Source: an uncultured Pelagibacteraceae bacterium (GTDB lineage Bacteria > Pseudomonadota > Alphaproteobacteria > Pelagibacterales > Pelagibacteraceae). From it: a DNA stretch of 64,000 nucleotides. How positions within the stretch are numbered: position 1 is the first letter of the stretch; every line of letters begins with the position of its first letter. The notes beneath the pieces were generated by a model. The model did no database searches, was not told the DNA's origin, and saw only the letters and a program-made list of their open reading frames with translations. Shown one piece after another: positions 50,632 through 62,966 of the stretch. Position numbers and translations under genes: made by a program. The stretch spans positions 2,885-66,884 of the forward strand of contig CACCIO010000003.1 of the NCBI GenBank assembly GCA_902546085.1, in the 5' to 3' direction.

Positions 50632-52548
50632 ATGCCGATAATAACATTACCTGACGGAAACAATATTGATTTTTCTAATAAAGTTACTGGGCTTGAAGTA
50701 GCTGAAAAAATTAGCAAATCATTAGCCAAACAAGCTATGGTCATAAGCGTTGATGGTGAGCTTAAAGATCTTGATTTTCTAATTGAAAAAGATTGTTCTG
50801 TAAAAATTTTTACTTCAAAAAATCCTGAGGGCTTGGAAACTATAAGGCATGACACAGCTCACATTTTAGCTATGGCTGTTCAAGAATTATTTCCTGGAAC
50901 TCAAGTTACAATTGGACCCGTGATTGAAAATGGATTTTATTACGACTTTGCCAGAAAAGAACCATTCACAGAGGATGATCTATTAAAAATTGAAAATAAA
51001 ATGAAAGAGATTGTTGATAGGAATGAAATAACAAAAAGAGAAGTTTGGGATAGAAACAAAGCAATCAGCCATTTTAAAAAAAAAGGAGAAATTTATAAAG
51101 CTGAGCTGATTGAAGCGATACCCGAAAATGAAGATGTATCAATTTATTTTCATGGAGAATGGCATGATTTATGTAGAGGTCCACATCTATCCTCTACAGG
51201 TAAAATAGGAAAATATTTCAAACTTACAAAAGTATCAGGAGCATATTGGAGGGGAGACTCTAATAATGAAATGTTGCAACGAATATATGGTACGAGTTGG
51301 GCAACTCAAAAAGATCTAGATGAATATTTGAAAAGAATAGAAGAAGCGGAAAAAAGAGATCATAGAAAATTAGGAAAAGAAATGGATTTATTTCATTTTA
51401 GAGAAGAAAGCCCTGGCTCAGTATTTTGGCATGAAAGAGGATGGGGTTTATTTCAAAAGCTAATTAACTATATGAGAAGTAGACAAGATGCTGCCGGTTA
51501 TAAAGAGGTAAATACTCCTGAGGTACTAGATAGACAACTATGGGAAAAATCAGGTCATTGGGAAAAATATGGGGAAAACATGTATACTTCTGAAACTCCA
51601 GATGAGAAAGTTTTTGCAATTAAACCAATGAATTGCCCTGGTCATATTCAGGTATTTAATCAAGGCCTAAAAAGTTACAGAGATCTTCCTTTACGTTTTG
51701 CTGAATTTGGAAAAGTTCACCGTTATGAGCCATCAGGCTCTTTGCATGGGTTACTAAGAGTACGAGCCTTTACCCAAGATGATGCCCATATTTTTTGTAC
51801 TGAAGATCAAATTACGAGTGAATGTTTAATTGTTACAAATTTAATACTAGATATTTATAAGGACCTTGGTTTTGAAAATGTAATTCTAAAATATGCAGAT
51901 AGGCCAGAAGTAAGAGTTGGTGATGATTTAATATGGGATAAAGCAGAAGCCTCCTTGCTTGAAGCTGTTAAAGCTTCTAAATTAGAATATACTATTAATA
52001 AAGGTGAGGGAGCATTTTATGGTCCCAAAATTGAATTTGTTTTACGAGATGCTATTGGCAGAGATTGGCAATGTGGAACTTTGCAAGTAGATTTAAATTT
52101 ACCTGGAAGATTAGACGCTTCTTATGTTGACAAAGATGGAACTAAAAAAATTCCTGTTATGTTACACAGAGCATTATTTGGTTCTTTAGAGAGATTTATT
52201 GGAATTTTAATTGAAAACTATGCAGGCAAGTTTCCATTTTGGATATCCCCTTTACAAACTATGGTAATACCTATTTCAGAAGAATTTAACGATTATGCTG
52301 TTAAGGTGTCAGATAAAATTAAAAATTCAGGTATAAGTTCTGCAGTAGATTTAAAAAATCATAATTTAAATTATAAAATTAGAGATCATTCTTTAGCAAA
52401 AATACCGCTTTTATTAATTTGTGGTAAAAAAGAAGTTGACTCCAATTCAGTAACGATTAGAAGATTAGACTCTAATAAACAAGAAAATATGGGTATAGAT
52501 AAATTCTTAAAAAAATTCTCTGCTTTAAATAAAGCATCATCAAACTAA
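50632..52548 (+). CDS. thrS: Threonyl-tRNA synthetase
   Basis: TGS domain, DLCRGPH, KPMNCPGH, RVRAFTQDDAH, GAFYGPK. Confidence 0.99.
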   Translation: MPIITLPDGNNIDFSNKVTGLEVAEKISKSLAKQAMVISVDGELKDLDFLIEKDCSVKIFTSKNPEGLETIRHDTAHILAMAVQELFPGTQVTIGPVIENGFYYDFARKEPFTEDDLLKIENKMKEIVDRNEITKREVWDRNKAISHFKKKGEIYKAELIEAIPENEDVSIYFHGEWHDLCRGPHLSSTGKIGKYFKLTKVSGAYWRGDSNNEMLQRIYGTSWATQKDLDEYLKRIEEAEKRDHRKLGKEMDLFHFREESPGSVFWHERGWGLFQKLINYMRSRQDAAGYKEVNTPEVLDRQLWEKSGHWEKYGENMYTSETPDEKVFAIKPMNCPGHIQVFNQGLKSYRDLPLRFAEFGKVHRYEPSGSLHGLLRVRAFTQDDAHIFCTEDQITSECLIVTNLILDIYKDLGFENVILKYADRPEVRVGDDLIWDKAEASLLEAVKASKLEYTINKGEGAFYGPKIEFVLRDAIGRDWQCGTLQVDLNLPGRLDASYVDKDGTKKIPVMLHRALFGSLERFIGILIENYAGKFPFWISPLQTMVIPISEEFNDYAVKVSDKIKNSGISSAVDLKNHNLNYKIRDHSLAKIPLLLICGKKEVDSNSVTIRRLDSNKQENMGIDKFLKKFSALNKASSN

Positions 52549-53094
52549 GTGGCAGACTTCAAACAAAATTATTTTCAAAGAAAAACTAAGGACAGAGGTC
52601 CAAGATCTAATAATAGAATTTCTTCTCCCGATGTACAAGTAATAGCAAGCGATGGAGAAAATCTTGGAGTTATAAATACCAATGAAGCTATTTCAATGGC
52701 AAAAAATCAAGGTTTAGATTTAATTGAAATAGCACCTAATGCAAATCCTCCTGTATGTAAAATAATGGATATGGGTAAATATAAGTATGATGCTCAGAAA
52801 AAAGCAAATCTTGCAAAGAAAAAACAAAAAATTGTTTCTTTAAAAGAAATTAAAATGAGACCTGTTACGGAAACGCATGATTATGAGTTTAAAGTCAAAA
52901 ATGCTAAAAAATTTATAGCAAAAGGAGATAAGGTCAAATTCACTATAAGATTTAAAGGTAGAGAACTTCAGCACTCCCATCTAGGAAATGAACTAATGGG
53001 CAAAATTAAAGAAGATATGAAGGATATCGGTAAGGTAGAATTGCATCCGAAGTTTGATGGCAAGCAAATGATCATGGTAATACAGCCTTTATAA
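52549..53094 (+). CDS. infC: Translation initiation factor IF-3
   Basis: PPVCKIMD.GKYKY, KEIK.RP, GDKVK...RFKGRE; GTG start. Confidence 0.97.
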   Translation: MADFKQNYFQRKTKDRGPRSNNRISSPDVQVIASDGENLGVINTNEAISMAKNQGLDLIEIAPNANPPVCKIMDMGKYKYDAQKKANLAKKKQKIVSLKEIKMRPVTETHDYEFKVKNAKKFIAKGDKVKFTIRFKGRELQHSHLGNELMGKIKEDMKDIGKVELHPKFDGKQMIMVIQPL

Positions 53095-53107
53095 GCCTTA
53101 ATATAGG

Positions 53108-53136
53108 TTGTAAAATTATATCTTTCTTTGTATAAG
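53108..53136 (+). promoter_or_regulatory. Candidate rpmI promoter (very short leader)
   Basis: TTGTAA-N17-TATAAG then tccgcagaatt and ATG 53148. Confidence 0.5.
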
Positions 53137-53147
53137 TCCGCAGAATT

Positions 53148-53354
53148 ATGCCAAAACTTAAAACAAAAAGCTCAGCAAAAAAAAGATTTAAAATATCTGC
53201 TAAGGGTAAAGTTATATCTGCTCAAGCAGGTAAAAGACACGGCATGATTAAAAGAACGAACTCACAAATTAGAAAACTAAGAGGTACTACAACTTTGTCT
53301 AAACAAGATGGAAAAATTGTTAAGTCATACATGCCTTACAGTTTAAGAGGTTAA
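53148..53354 (+). CDS. rpmI: 50S ribosomal protein L35
   Basis: [15 protein letters not shown]. Confidence 0.97.
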   Translation: MPKLKTKSSAKKRFKISAKGKVISAQAGKRHGMIKRTNSQIRKLRGTTTLSKQDGKIVKSYMPYSLRG

Positions 53355-53356
53355 TT

Positions 53357-53713
53357 ATGGCAAGAGTTAAAAGAGGTGTAACTAGTAAAGCTAAACATAA
53401 AAAAGTTTTAAAAGCTGTAAAGGGTCAATGGGGCAGAAGAAAAAACACCATTAGAGTTGCCAAACAAGCTATGGAAAAATCCATGCAATATGCTTACAGA
53501 GACAGAAGAAATAAAAAAAGAGATTTTAAATCATTGTGGATACAAAGAATCAACGCTGGAGTTAGAGCTGAAGGCTTAACTTATTCAAAATTTATCAACG
53601 GATTAAATAAATGTGGTATAGCAATAGATAGAAAAATTCTTGCTGAAATTGCTTACGATAGCCCAGAAGCATTTAAAACAATTGTACAAAAAGCTCAATC
53701 AGCTTTAAACTAA
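53357..53713 (+). CDS. rplT: 50S ribosomal protein L20
   Basis: MARVKRG, YAYRDR..KKR.F..LWI.RINA. Confidence 0.98.
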   Translation: MARVKRGVTSKAKHKKVLKAVKGQWGRRKNTIRVAKQAMEKSMQYAYRDRRNKKRDFKSLWIQRINAGVRAEGLTYSKFINGLNKCGIAIDRKILAEIAYDSPEAFKTIVQKAQSALN

Positions 53714-53756
53714 TCTTCGCTATTGTTTTTATTTCTTAAGGAAATAATCTACTAAT

Positions 53757-54824
53757 ATGTCAGAGATAAAAAATATTAGAGATCAGTTTATATCAAAGCT
53801 AGAATATGATTTAAGCATTGATCAAATAAATGAAATCAAAACTGAGCTTTTCGGTAAAAATGGTTTAATTTCGTCAAAATTTAAAACAATAGGTTCAATT
53901 CCAGAGACAGATAGAAAAAAATTTGCATCAGATTTAAATCAAGTTAAAGATGAACTTCAGAATTTGATAACTTCTAAAATTAGTGAGATAGAAGGAAAAA
54001 AAATAAACGAAAAATTAGAAAAGGAAAAAGTTGATATAACTTTACCCGAAAGACCATATGTTAGAGGAAAAGTTCATCCAGTATCACAAACTATTGATGA
54101 AATTTCATCTATTTTCTCTGAAATAGGATTTAGTGTTGAGGAAGGACCTGATGTTGAAAATGAATATAACAACTTTACTGCTCTAAACACACCTGACAAT
54201 CATCCTGCAAGAGATATGCATGATACATTTTACTTAGATGAAAACAAAGAGGTTTTGTTACGAACTCATACCTCACCAGTTCAAATTAGAACTATGCTAA
54301 AAGACAAACCCCCATTTAAGATCATTGCTCCTGGGAGAACTTATAGATCTGATAGTGATCAAACACACGCACCAATGTTTCATCAAGTAGAAGGTTTACA
54401 TATTGATACAAACATTAATATGGGGCATTTAAAAGGATGCTTGAATTATTTTATTAAAGAATTTTTTGAAGTCGAAAAAATTAAAATGAGATTTAGACCT
54501 AGTCATTTTCCATTCACAGAACCATCTGCAGAAGTCGATATAGGGTATGAAATAAAAGATGGCAAAATAATTATCGGAGAAGGAGATAAGTGGCTTGAAA
54601 TTTTGGGCTGTGGTATGGTGCATCCTAATGTTTTAAGAAACGTAAAAGTAGACCCTTCTAAATATCAAGGATATGCCTTTGGCATAGGTATAGACCGATT
54701 AGCGATGCTTAAATACGGCATTAATGATTTAAGAGCTTTTTTTGATTGTGACTACAGATGGTTAAATCATTTTGGTTTTGATCCACTTGATGTTCCTTCA
54801 AATTACAGAGGTTTAAGTAGATGA
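53757..54824 (+). CDS. pheS: Phenylalanyl-tRNA synthetase alpha subunit
   Basis: [38 protein letters not shown]. Confidence 0.99.
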   Translation: MSEIKNIRDQFISKLEYDLSIDQINEIKTELFGKNGLISSKFKTIGSIPETDRKKFASDLNQVKDELQNLITSKISEIEGKKINEKLEKEKVDITLPERPYVRGKVHPVSQTIDEISSIFSEIGFSVEEGPDVENEYNNFTALNTPDNHPARDMHDTFYLDENKEVLLRTHTSPVQIRTMLKDKPPFKIIAPGRTYRSDSDQTHAPMFHQVEGLHIDTNINMGHLKGCLNYFIKEFFEVEKIKMRFRPSHFPFTEPSAEVDIGYEIKDGKIIIGEGDKWLEILGCGMVHPNVLRNVKVDPSKYQGYAFGIGIDRLAMLKYGINDLRAFFDCDYRWLNHFGFDPLDVPSNYRGLSR

Positions 54825-57229
54825 AGATTACATATGATTGGTTAAAAGATCACTTAAAAGTAAGTGCTAAAGAAGAAAAACTTCTTGAGAAACTAACAGA
54901 CATAGGTCTTGAGGTTGAGAGTATAGAAAACTTATCTGAAGGATTAGATTTATTTAAGGTAGCAAAAATTATAAAAACAGAAAAACATCCTAATGCAGAT
55001 AGACTTAAAGTTTGTGATGTTGATGTTGGTAATAAAGAAATCAAAAAAGTTGTTTGTGGTGCTTCAAATGCAAGAGCTGGCCTTCTTACTGTATATGCCC
55101 CACCAGGCGCAATAATTCCAAAAAACAAAACTAAACTTGTTGTTACTAAAATAAGAGATGTTACATCTCATGGAATGCTATGTTCCGAATCTGAATTGAA
55201 TTTATCAGATGAAAGTGATGGGATTACTGAGCTCTCGTCATCAAAATATGCAAAAAATATTGGAAAAAGTTACTTTTCTAAACCAAGTTCTAATCTTATT
55301 GATTTATCAATTACACCAAATAGACCAGACTGTCTTGGTGTTCGGGGTATAGCGAGAGATTTATCAGCTGCAGGTTTTGGAAACTTAAAACCAGTAAAAG
55401 ATAAAAAAATTAAATCTAATAAAAAACAAACTATAAAAGTAAAAATAACAAAAGAAAAAAATCAAGGGTGTTTATCTTTTGGTAGCTGCTTAATAACTAA
55501 CGTCAAAAATACAGAAAGCCCTCAATGGTTGAAAAATAAATTAATTTCTATAGGCCAAAAACCGATATCTGCAATTGTGGATATTACAAATTATGTCATG
55601 ATTGATATTAATCGTCCTTTGCATGCATACGATGCTGATAAAATTGATAAGGGAATAATTGTTAGAAATTCAAAATTAGGAGAAGAATTTACTGCTCTAG
55701 ATAATAAAAATTATAAACTAGATGATGGAATGTGTGTAATAAGTGATAACAATGGTGTCTTAGGTCTTGGAGGAATTATTGGAGGAACAAAATCTGGTAC
55801 AGAGCTAGATACAAAAAATGTTTTATTAGAGTCGGCTTATTTTGATCCAAGATCAATTAGAAAAACTGCTAAAAAATTGAATATTGATACAGATGCTAAA
55901 TTTAGATTTGAAAGAGGTATTGATCAGTTATCTATTGTAGATGGATTAAATAAAGCAGCTATTTTAATTAAGGAAATTTGTGGTGGTGAAATTAGTAAAA
56001 TAGATATTCAAAAAATTGAGTCTTATAAAAACAAAGTAATAAAATTTGAACCAAAAACATTTGAAAAAATTACTGGTTTTAAAATTTCAACCAAAGAAAT
56101 GATAATCATTTTAGAAAAACTTGGTTTTAAATTAAAAAAAGAAAAAAAATTCTTTAAATTAACAGTTCCATCTTGGAGACCAGATATTGCTCAAGAAATT
56201 GATATAGTTGAGGAACTTGTAAGAATTAGTGGCTATGAAAAAATAAAAATAGAAAATCCTATTAAAGAAAGATCAAAGAATACTTTAAATCCAACTCAAA
56301 AATTATTTCATTTTCTTCAAAGGGCAGTAGCATCCAAAGGGTATCTGGAAGCAATTACATGGTCTTTTACAGATTCTAAATATAACGATCATTTTAAAGA
56401 AGCCAGTGAAGAAATAAAAATTGTAAATCCAATTAGCTCTGAATTAGCAGTATTAAGAAATTCTATATTTTCAAATTTAGTAATGTACATGAGCAAAAAC
56501 TTGGATAGAGGAATTAAAGATTTATCAATGTTTGAAATAGGGCCAATATTTTATGGTCCAAAACCTGGAGAACAGAATATAGTTGTTTGTGGTTTGTCAG
56601 CTGGAAAAAAATCTAGACTTTCATGGATTGAAAAAGAGAGAAATGTTGATGTTTTTGATATCAAAAGAGATGTGACACAAACATTAGTAGAAGCCGGCTA
56701 TGACTCAGAAAAATTTTATATCGATGATGAAAGCCCAAATTATTATCATCCAGGAAAATCAGGAAGAATATTTCTAAATAAGGGAAAAGATAAGGTAGCT
56801 GCTTATTTTGGTGAAATTCATCCAAACATTATTAAAACGCTAGATGTTAAAACAGAATCTTTAGTAGGTTTTGAAATATTTTTAGATAATTTAAAATTAC
56901 CTAAAAAACCTTTAAAAGATCAAAAAACAAAATATTCAGTATCCGACTTTCAAAAATCTGAGAGAGATTTTGCATTTATTGTTGATAAAAAAATAAGTGT
57001 GCAAGATTTAGTAAGTGTCATATCAAATATTGATAAAAATTTAATTTCAAATATTAAAGTATTTGACATTTACGAAGGAAACAATATTCCTGAAAATCAA
57101 AAATCAGTTGCTATAAGCGTTACTATTCAATCATTGGAAAAAACATTAACGGACAATGATTTAGAAAAAATTAATAATTTGATAATAGAAACAGTTGAAA
57201 ATAAAACTGGTGCTAAAATTCGTTCTTAA
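54821..57229 (+). CDS. pheT: Phenylalanyl-tRNA synthetase beta subunit
   Basis: [35 protein letters not shown]-terminus. Confidence 0.98.
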   Translation: MKITYDWLKDHLKVSAKEEKLLEKLTDIGLEVESIENLSEGLDLFKVAKIIKTEKHPNADRLKVCDVDVGNKEIKKVVCGASNARAGLLTVYAPPGAIIPKNKTKLVVTKIRDVTSHGMLCSESELNLSDESDGITELSSSKYAKNIGKSYFSKPSSNLIDLSITPNRPDCLGVRGIARDLSAAGFGNLKPVKDKKIKSNKKQTIKVKITKEKNQGCLSFGSCLITNVKNTESPQWLKNKLISIGQKPISAIVDITNYVMIDINRPLHAYDADKIDKGIIVRNSKLGEEFTALDNKNYKLDDGMCVISDNNGVLGLGGIIGGTKSGTELDTKNVLLESAYFDPRSIRKTAKKLNIDTDAKFRFERGIDQLSIVDGLNKAAILIKEICGGEISKIDIQKIESYKNKVIKFEPKTFEKITGFKISTKEMIIILEKLGFKLKKEKKFFKLTVPSWRPDIAQEIDIVEELVRISGYEKIKIENPIKERSKNTLNPTQKLFHFLQRAVASKGYLEAITWSFTDSKYNDHFKEASEEIKIVNPISSELAVLRNSIFSNLVMYMSKNLDRGIKDLSMFEIGPIFYGPKPGEQNIVVCGLSAGKKSRLSWIEKERNVDVFDIKRDVTQTLVEAGYDSEKFYIDDESPNYYHPGKSGRIFLNKGKDKVAAYFGEIHPNIIKTLDVKTESLVGFEIFLDNLKLPKKPLKDQKTKYSVSDFQKSERDFAFIVDKKISVQDLVSVISNIDKNLISNIKVFDIYEGNNIPENQKSVAISVTIQSLEKTLTDNDLEKINNLIIETVENKTGAKIRS

Positions 57230-57238
57230 AATTAATTA

Positions 57239-59050
57239 ATGAGTTCAATTGATAATATAAGAAATTTTGCAATTATTGCGCATATTGATCATGGTAAATC
57301 CACTATTGCTGATCGGATTATTCATAGCTGTGGTGGATTAACTGAACGAGAGATGAAAGCTCAAGTTTTAGACTCTATGGATATTGAACGTGAAAGAGGA
57401 ATCACAATTAAAGCTCAAACAGTCAAATTAAATTACAAAGCTAAAAATGGAAAAAATTATATTTTAAATATTATTGATACCCCTGGACATGTTGATTTTA
57501 GTTATGAGGTAAGTAGATCTTTATATGCATGTGAAGGTTCAATTTTAATTGTAGATAGCACACAAGGAGTAGAAGCTCAAACTTTAGCAAATGTTTATCA
57601 AGCTTTAGACACCAATCATGAGATTGTGCCAGTCTTAAATAAGGTAGACTTACCTGCGTCAGATTTAGATAGAACAAAAAAACAAATTGAAGAAGTGATT
57701 GGGATTGATACTGAAAACGCAATTCCTTGTTCGGGTAAAACTGGAGTGGGAATTGAAGACATTTTAGAACAAATAATTACAACATTACCTGCCCCTAAAG
57801 GAGAAAGTTCAGCAGATTTAAAATGTTTATTAGTTGATAGTTGGTATGATACTTATTTAGGTGTAGTAATTTTAGTGAGAGTGATTGATGGTAAACTTTC
57901 AAAACACATGAAAATAAAAATGATGTCAACCAATCAAGAATATATCGTTGAAAAAGTTGGGGTTTTTACTCCAAAACCAGTAGATATAAATGAATTAAAA
58001 ACAGGTGAAATTGGATTTATTACAACTGGAATTAAAGTTTTATCTGAAACAAAAGTTGGAGATACAATTTGTGATGTTTCAAAACCATTAAAAGAAGCTT
58101 TGCCGGGATTTAAACCAAGTAAGCCAGTGGTATTCTGTGGGTTATTTCCAGTAGATAGTTCTGAGTTTCAAAAACTTAAAGATGGTTTAGCAAAGTTACA
58201 ACTAAATGATGCTAGTTTTTCGTTTGAGCCTGAGTCATCATCGGCTTTAGGATTAGGTTTTAGATGTGGATTTTTAGGTTTACTTCACCTGGAAATTGTA
58301 ACAGAAAGATTAGAAAGAGAATTTGATGTTAATTTATTAACAACCACACCCGGTGTTGTTTACAAGGTTCATCTGAATAACGGAAACATAATTGATCTTC
58401 AAAATCCATCAAGTTTACCTGATCCAACTTTAATAAAATATATTGAAGAGCCTTGGATAAAAGCAACAATCATTACTCCTGACCAATATTTAGGTTCAAT
58501 TATAAAAATGTGTCAGGATAAAAGAGGAATTCAGACCAATTTAAGTTATTCAGGTAATAGAGCTGTAGTAAATTATGAGTTACCATTGAATGAAGTTGTT
58601 TTTGATTTTAATGATAGACTGAAATCTATGACTAGTGGTTATGCAAGTTTTGACTATGAAATCATTGAGCATAGGGAAGGAGATTTGGTAAAACTTGGTA
58701 TTCTAGTTAATGGAGAACCAGTTGATGCTTTAGCAATGATGATACATAAAGACTTTGCTCAAAAAACTGGTAGAGAGGTTTGCGAAAAATTAAAAGATTT
58801 AATACCTAGACACAATTTTATGATACCTGTGCAGGCCGCAATAGGAGGTAAAATTATTGCGAGAGAAACAATAAAAGGATTTAAAAAAGATGTGCTAACC
58901 AAAATTCATGGTGGCGGTGCAACAGATAGAAAAAGAAAACTTTTAGAAAAACAAAAAAAAGGAAAGGCAAGATCTAAACAATTTGGGAGAGTTGAAATTC
59001 CACAAGAAGCCTTTATAGGAGTACTAAAAATTAACAAAGATAACAAATGA
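57239..59050 (+). CDS. lepA: Elongation factor 4
   Basis: [45 protein letters not shown]. Confidence 0.99.
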   Translation: MSSIDNIRNFAIIAHIDHGKSTIADRIIHSCGGLTEREMKAQVLDSMDIERERGITIKAQTVKLNYKAKNGKNYILNIIDTPGHVDFSYEVSRSLYACEGSILIVDSTQGVEAQTLANVYQALDTNHEIVPVLNKVDLPASDLDRTKKQIEEVIGIDTENAIPCSGKTGVGIEDILEQIITTLPAPKGESSADLKCLLVDSWYDTYLGVVILVRVIDGKLSKHMKIKMMSTNQEYIVEKVGVFTPKPVDINELKTGEIGFITTGIKVLSETKVGDTICDVSKPLKEALPGFKPSKPVVFCGLFPVDSSEFQKLKDGLAKLQLNDASFSFEPESSSALGLGFRCGFLGLLHLEIVTERLEREFDVNLLTTTPGVVYKVHLNNGNIIDLQNPSSLPDPTLIKYIEEPWIKATIITPDQYLGSIIKMCQDKRGIQTNLSYSGNRAVVNYELPLNEVVFDFNDRLKSMTSGYASFDYEIIEHREGDLVKLGILVNGEPVDALAMMIHKDFAQKTGREVCEKLKDLIPRHNFMIPVQAAIGGKIIARETIKGFKKDVLTKIHGGGATDRKRKLLEKQKKGKARSKQFGRVEIPQEAFIGVLKINKDNK

Positions 59051-59865
59051 AAATATACGATTGTTTTTCTTATTGGGATGAGGATCTTCTTTTAGATTTA
59101 CGTTTAAACATTTTAGATAATTATGTTGATTATTTTGTTATAGTCGAGGGAAACAAAACTTGGCAAAATAATTCAAAAAAACTTAAATTTGATTTAAAAA
59201 AATTTAAAAAATTTGAGAAAAAAATTATTTATATTCCTGTTGAAGACATGCCTGATGGTGATAACCCTTATTTAAGGGAAAATTTCCAGAGAAATTGTAT
59301 TAGTAGAGGCTTAAATAAAGCTAATGAAAATGATCTAATTTTAATATCAGATTTGGATGAAATACCTAATCCAAAAAAAATTAATGCATTTAAAAAACAA
59401 ATGCGATTTGCTGTATTTAAACAATTACATTGTTATTACAAATTTAATCTTCTTAGCCAGATAAACCCATTTTGGTACGGTAGTAGAATTTGTGTAAAAA
59501 AATATTTGAGAAGCCCTCAATGGTTAAGAGAGTTGAAATTTAAAAAAAGACCCTTTTGGAGAATTGATAAGCTAAGATTAAATAATATTATAGAAGATGG
59601 TGGATGGCATTTCTGCAATTTAAAGGAACCAGAAAAGCTTCTTTATAAATATAAAAATCTTTGTGAAACAAATGACCCTTACGTTTTTAAAGAGAAAATA
59701 GATAATAAGTATTTAGATATTAATGAGATAAAAAAAAGAATAGAGACTGGCGATGATATAATTGGCAGAAATGAAAAATACAAGGCTATTAACTTAGATA
59801 ATAAATTTCCTGAATATTTGATATCAAATAAAAAAAAATATTTAGAGTGGTTATTGATTAAATAA
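59047..59865 (+). CDS. GT17-like glycosyltransferase (beta-1,4-GlcNAc transferase family)
   Basis: IYDCF...E..LL..RL..L...VDYFV.VE, RE..QRN, SDLDEIP, GWHF. Confidence 0.8.
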   Translation: MKIYDCFSYWDEDLLLDLRLNILDNYVDYFVIVEGNKTWQNNSKKLKFDLKKFKKFEKKIIYIPVEDMPDGDNPYLRENFQRNCISRGLNKANENDLILISDLDEIPNPKKINAFKKQMRFAVFKQLHCYYKFNLLSQINPFWYGSRICVKKYLRSPQWLRELKFKKRPFWRIDKLRLNNIIEDGGWHFCNLKEPEKLLYKYKNLCETNDPYVFKEKIDNKYLDINEIKKRIETGDDIIGRNEKYKAINLDNKFPEYLISNKKKYLEWLLIK

Positions 59866-60606
59866 TTTTATAATTGGCTTTTTCTTTTTTGGAAAACAAA
59901 TAATATTTTCTTTTAGTTGAAAATAGAAATAACCATTATTGTCAAGTAGATCTATTAATTTTTTAAACACATTATGATTTATATGAACGTATTCTGAAAT
60001 TATGATAGGTCTAAAATTTGAATTTTCAAATAAATCATTCAAAATAAATCCATCATATCCTTCAGCATCAATTAATAATAAATCCAAAGAAGTAAAGTGT
60101 TTGTTAATTAAATTGGAAATATTCTCAGTTTGAACTTTTTCTTTTACTATGTGAGAAGTTTTAACCCCATGAATTTTTAAATGTTTAATATCAAAAGAAT
60201 TAATACCAGAAATATGTTCATCATACTTATCTATCTTTGATTTATCAACCCTGTATAGATACTTAATTTGATTTCCTACGCTAATAGCTAAATTTTCAAA
60301 GATTATATTATTAAAATCTTTATAATTTTTTTTTAAGTCTTCAAAGTAATCTTTTACAGGTTCAACCAAAACTGTTTTAGGTAAATATTTTTTTATATAT
60401 TTATTTATATAATCAAATCTTAATCCATCGTTCGCACCAATCTGAATTAAACTATTAATATTTTTGCTTTCAAATAAAAAATTCAATATTTCATTAAGCG
60501 AAATAAACTCATTATTATCTAATAATCTATTATTCTTAATAAAGTCTTTACTAATTATTTTATATCCAAAAAGACCAACTATTTTCTTCAATAATTTAAA
60601 TTGCAT
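59851..60606 (-). CDS. FkbM family methyltransferase
   Basis: QIGANDG, LVEP, N.AI, LLIDAEGYD. Confidence 0.85.
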   Translation of the reverse strand: MQFKLLKKIVGLFGYKIISKDFIKNNRLLDNNEFISLNEILNFLFESKNINSLIQIGANDGLRFDYINKYIKKYLPKTVLVEPVKDYFEDLKKNYKDFNNIIFENLAISVGNQIKYLYRVDKSKIDKYDEHISGINSFDIKHLKIHGVKTSHIVKEKVQTENISNLINKHFTSLDLLLIDAEGYDGFILNDLFENSNFRPIIISEYVHINHNVFKKLIDLLDNNGYFYFQLKENIICFPKKKKPIIKLFNQ

Positions 60607-60689
60607 TTTGATATTATGGTTAACTTAACTTATTATATATAAGGAGTAAATTTAAGATATATTTTTATATTATTAATTGATTTTGAACT

Positions 60690-61319
60690 ATGTCAGATTA
60701 TTTTAAAAAAAAATTTTGGAAACATATTAATCGTCGGTCATTAAATAATTGGTATAAAAGAAATTTTTCTTCTCCGTCTCCAGAATTTGTTAAACACCAG
60801 GTTATAAAAAAATACAATCTTCAAAAGTCATTATGGATTGAGACTGGAACATACTATGGCGATACAACAAAGATACTGTCAGATATAGCAGAAAAAGTAA
60901 TTTCGATTGAATTAGATAAAAGATTATATGATTTAGCTATTAAAAAATTTGAAAACTCGAAAAAAGTTAATGTTATTAATGGTGAGAGCCAAAATTTACT
61001 TGAAGATATATTGAAAAATGAGAGTTACAAAAATTTGTGCTTATTTTTAGATGCCCATACATGCTTAGATCACATAACAAATAAATTAATATCAAAAAAT
61101 GAAACTTTAGAAACTCCTATTATTATAGAATTGAATATTATAGAAAATTATATAAAAAAATTTAATAATGTTAATATACTAATTGATGATATTAGGTTGT
61201 TTGATGGCAAAACTAAAAATTACCCTCACATAAATGAAATTGTAGACTGGGCAAGAAAAAATAATTCAAGTTGGTTTATTGAACACGATATATTTATAAT
61301 TAATTACAAAGCTAATTAA
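60690..61319 (+). CDS. SAM-dependent methyltransferase-like protein
   Basis: IETGTY.G.T, SIEL, G.S..LL, FLDAH, ILIDD.RLF. Confidence 0.75.
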   Translation: MSDYFKKKFWKHINRRSLNNWYKRNFSSPSPEFVKHQVIKKYNLQKSLWIETGTYYGDTTKILSDIAEKVISIELDKRLYDLAIKKFENSKKVNVINGESQNLLEDILKNESYKNLCLFLDAHTCLDHITNKLISKNETLETPIIIELNIIENYIKKFNNVNILIDDIRLFDGKTKNYPHINEIVDWARKNNSSWFIEHDIFIINYKAN

Positions 61320-62168
61320 GTGAACTTAAGAACTTTTTATAAAATATTTTATAAGCATAGAATTGCCAAAGCTTCTTTTTTTTTAAAAATCTACACTTTT
61401 ATAGTGGTACCTTTTAAGTACTTACAAAATATTTTCTTTTTTGAAAAAAAAGTCAATCTTGATGAACATAAAATTAAATTTCCAAATTTAGGTAAAAAAA
61501 ATTTAAATAGTTTATTTGAGTATTTTAACAGTGACAAAGGAGATTATTTTATAAACCAATACCTACAACCAGCAAAAAAAAATAAGGTTAAGATTAAAGC
61601 TCATGGATATGCTAAAATTTATGAAAATGTATTTGTTAATTTAAAAAATACTCGCTTAAATATTCTAGAATTGGGGTCGTTTTATGGTAATGCTGCTGCA
61701 GCTTTTTATTTCTATTTTGATGAAGCATATATATATAGTGGAGATATATTTCCAGATTTATTTAAATATAAATCTAATCGAATAAAAAACTTTTATGTTG
61801 ATTCTTCATCAAGAAATTCATTGAGCAAAAATTTGCTAAGCAAAAAAAATAATTTTGATATTATAATAGAAGATGCAAGCCATATGCTAAAAGATCAAAT
61901 CTTGTCATTATTTATGCTATTTCCTTTACTAAAATCAGGAGGTTTATTTATAGTGGAAGAATTAGATTTTCCTGAAACTAGAGATGACATGAAAATAAAT
62001 CAAACCAAACCAGATTTGAAACAAATTCTAAAAAATATTTTGAATAATTTAGATTTCAATTCAATCTATATAAATGACGAAGAAAAAAAATATTTTTTAG
62101 AAAATTTTTTATCAATTGAAATTAAAAAAGGTAATTTTAATGAAATTGCGATAATTAAAAAAAGATGA
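61320..62168 (+). CDS. Class I SAM-dependent methyltransferase, homologue of 3590..4360
   Basis: SDKG...AHGY..IYE, LELGSFYG, IIIEDASH, GGLFIVEE. Confidence 0.78.
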   Translation: MNLRTFYKIFYKHRIAKASFFLKIYTFIVVPFKYLQNIFFFEKKVNLDEHKIKFPNLGKKNLNSLFEYFNSDKGDYFINQYLQPAKKNKVKIKAHGYAKIYENVFVNLKNTRLNILELGSFYGNAAAAFYFYFDEAYIYSGDIFPDLFKYKSNRIKNFYVDSSSRNSLSKNLLSKKNNFDIIIEDASHMLKDQILSLFMLFPLLKSGGLFIVEELDFPETRDDMKINQTKPDLKQILKNILNNLDFNSIYINDEEKKYFLENFLSIEIKKGNFNEIAIIKKR

Positions 62169-62965
62169 GACCAATTAAATTTTTTTGTGTAACTGATAAA
62201 AAAGTAAATTTTCTTACTAAAAATAATCATAATTTATGTTGGGTAGGCAAAGAGGATTCACCAGAAAATTATTTTAGGTGTGATACAGGCGATAATATAT
62301 ATCATAAGGAAAAATATTATTCAGAATTAACTTTTCACTATTGGTATTGGAAAAATTTATTAAATAAAGCTGATAAAAATAATTGGATAGGTTTTTGTCA
62401 GAAAAGAAGGTATTTTATAAATACAGAAAAAACGTATTTAGTAAATCAATCAAATCTTAGTAATTTCTTATTTGATCAGGCTCCGATAGAGTGGGAAAAC
62501 TATGATGTTTTAATTTGCAAACCTTTAAATGTATCAGGAGTAAAAAAAATGAAAATTTTTAAAAGGGGTTTTAAAAATCTCGTAAAAGATCCATCTATAT
62601 TGTTTAATAAAAAAAAACAAAACCTTTATTTGCATTTCGATATGCATCATGGTTATGGTAACTTAAAAAAAGCGATCGATTTACTAGATGAAAAAAATAA
62701 AGACGATTTTTTAAATTTTATGAAAAATAATAATTCTTTCAACCCCCATATAATGTTTATCTCTAAACCAGAAATTATTAAAAAATGGTTTAATAATTTA
62801 TTTCCTTGGTTAAAAGCTTGTGAACAAAAGTTTGAATTTAAAAATTTGGTAGGTTACGATACAAGAAGATTATTTGCATACTTGTCAGAAAGATATCTAT
62901 CTTATTGGTTTAAAAAAAATTATCGTTTCAAAGAAATTAACTGGGTACAATTAGATAATTTTTAA
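62165..62965 (+). CDS. DUF4422 family protein (glycan-synthesis associated)
   Basis: GDNI..K...YSELT..YW.WKN, IGF...RRYF, MFI, W...LF..L, R...YL.ER. Confidence 0.8.
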   Translation: MRPIKFFCVTDKKVNFLTKNNHNLCWVGKEDSPENYFRCDTGDNIYHKEKYYSELTFHYWYWKNLLNKADKNNWIGFCQKRRYFINTEKTYLVNQSNLSNFLFDQAPIEWENYDVLICKPLNVSGVKKMKIFKRGFKNLVKDPSILFNKKKQNLYLHFDMHHGYGNLKKAIDLLDEKNKDDFLNFMKNNNSFNPHIMFISKPEIIKKWFNNLFPWLKACEQKFEFKNLVGYDTRRLFAYLSERYLSYWFKKNYRFKEINWVQLDNF

Positions 62966-62966
62966 G

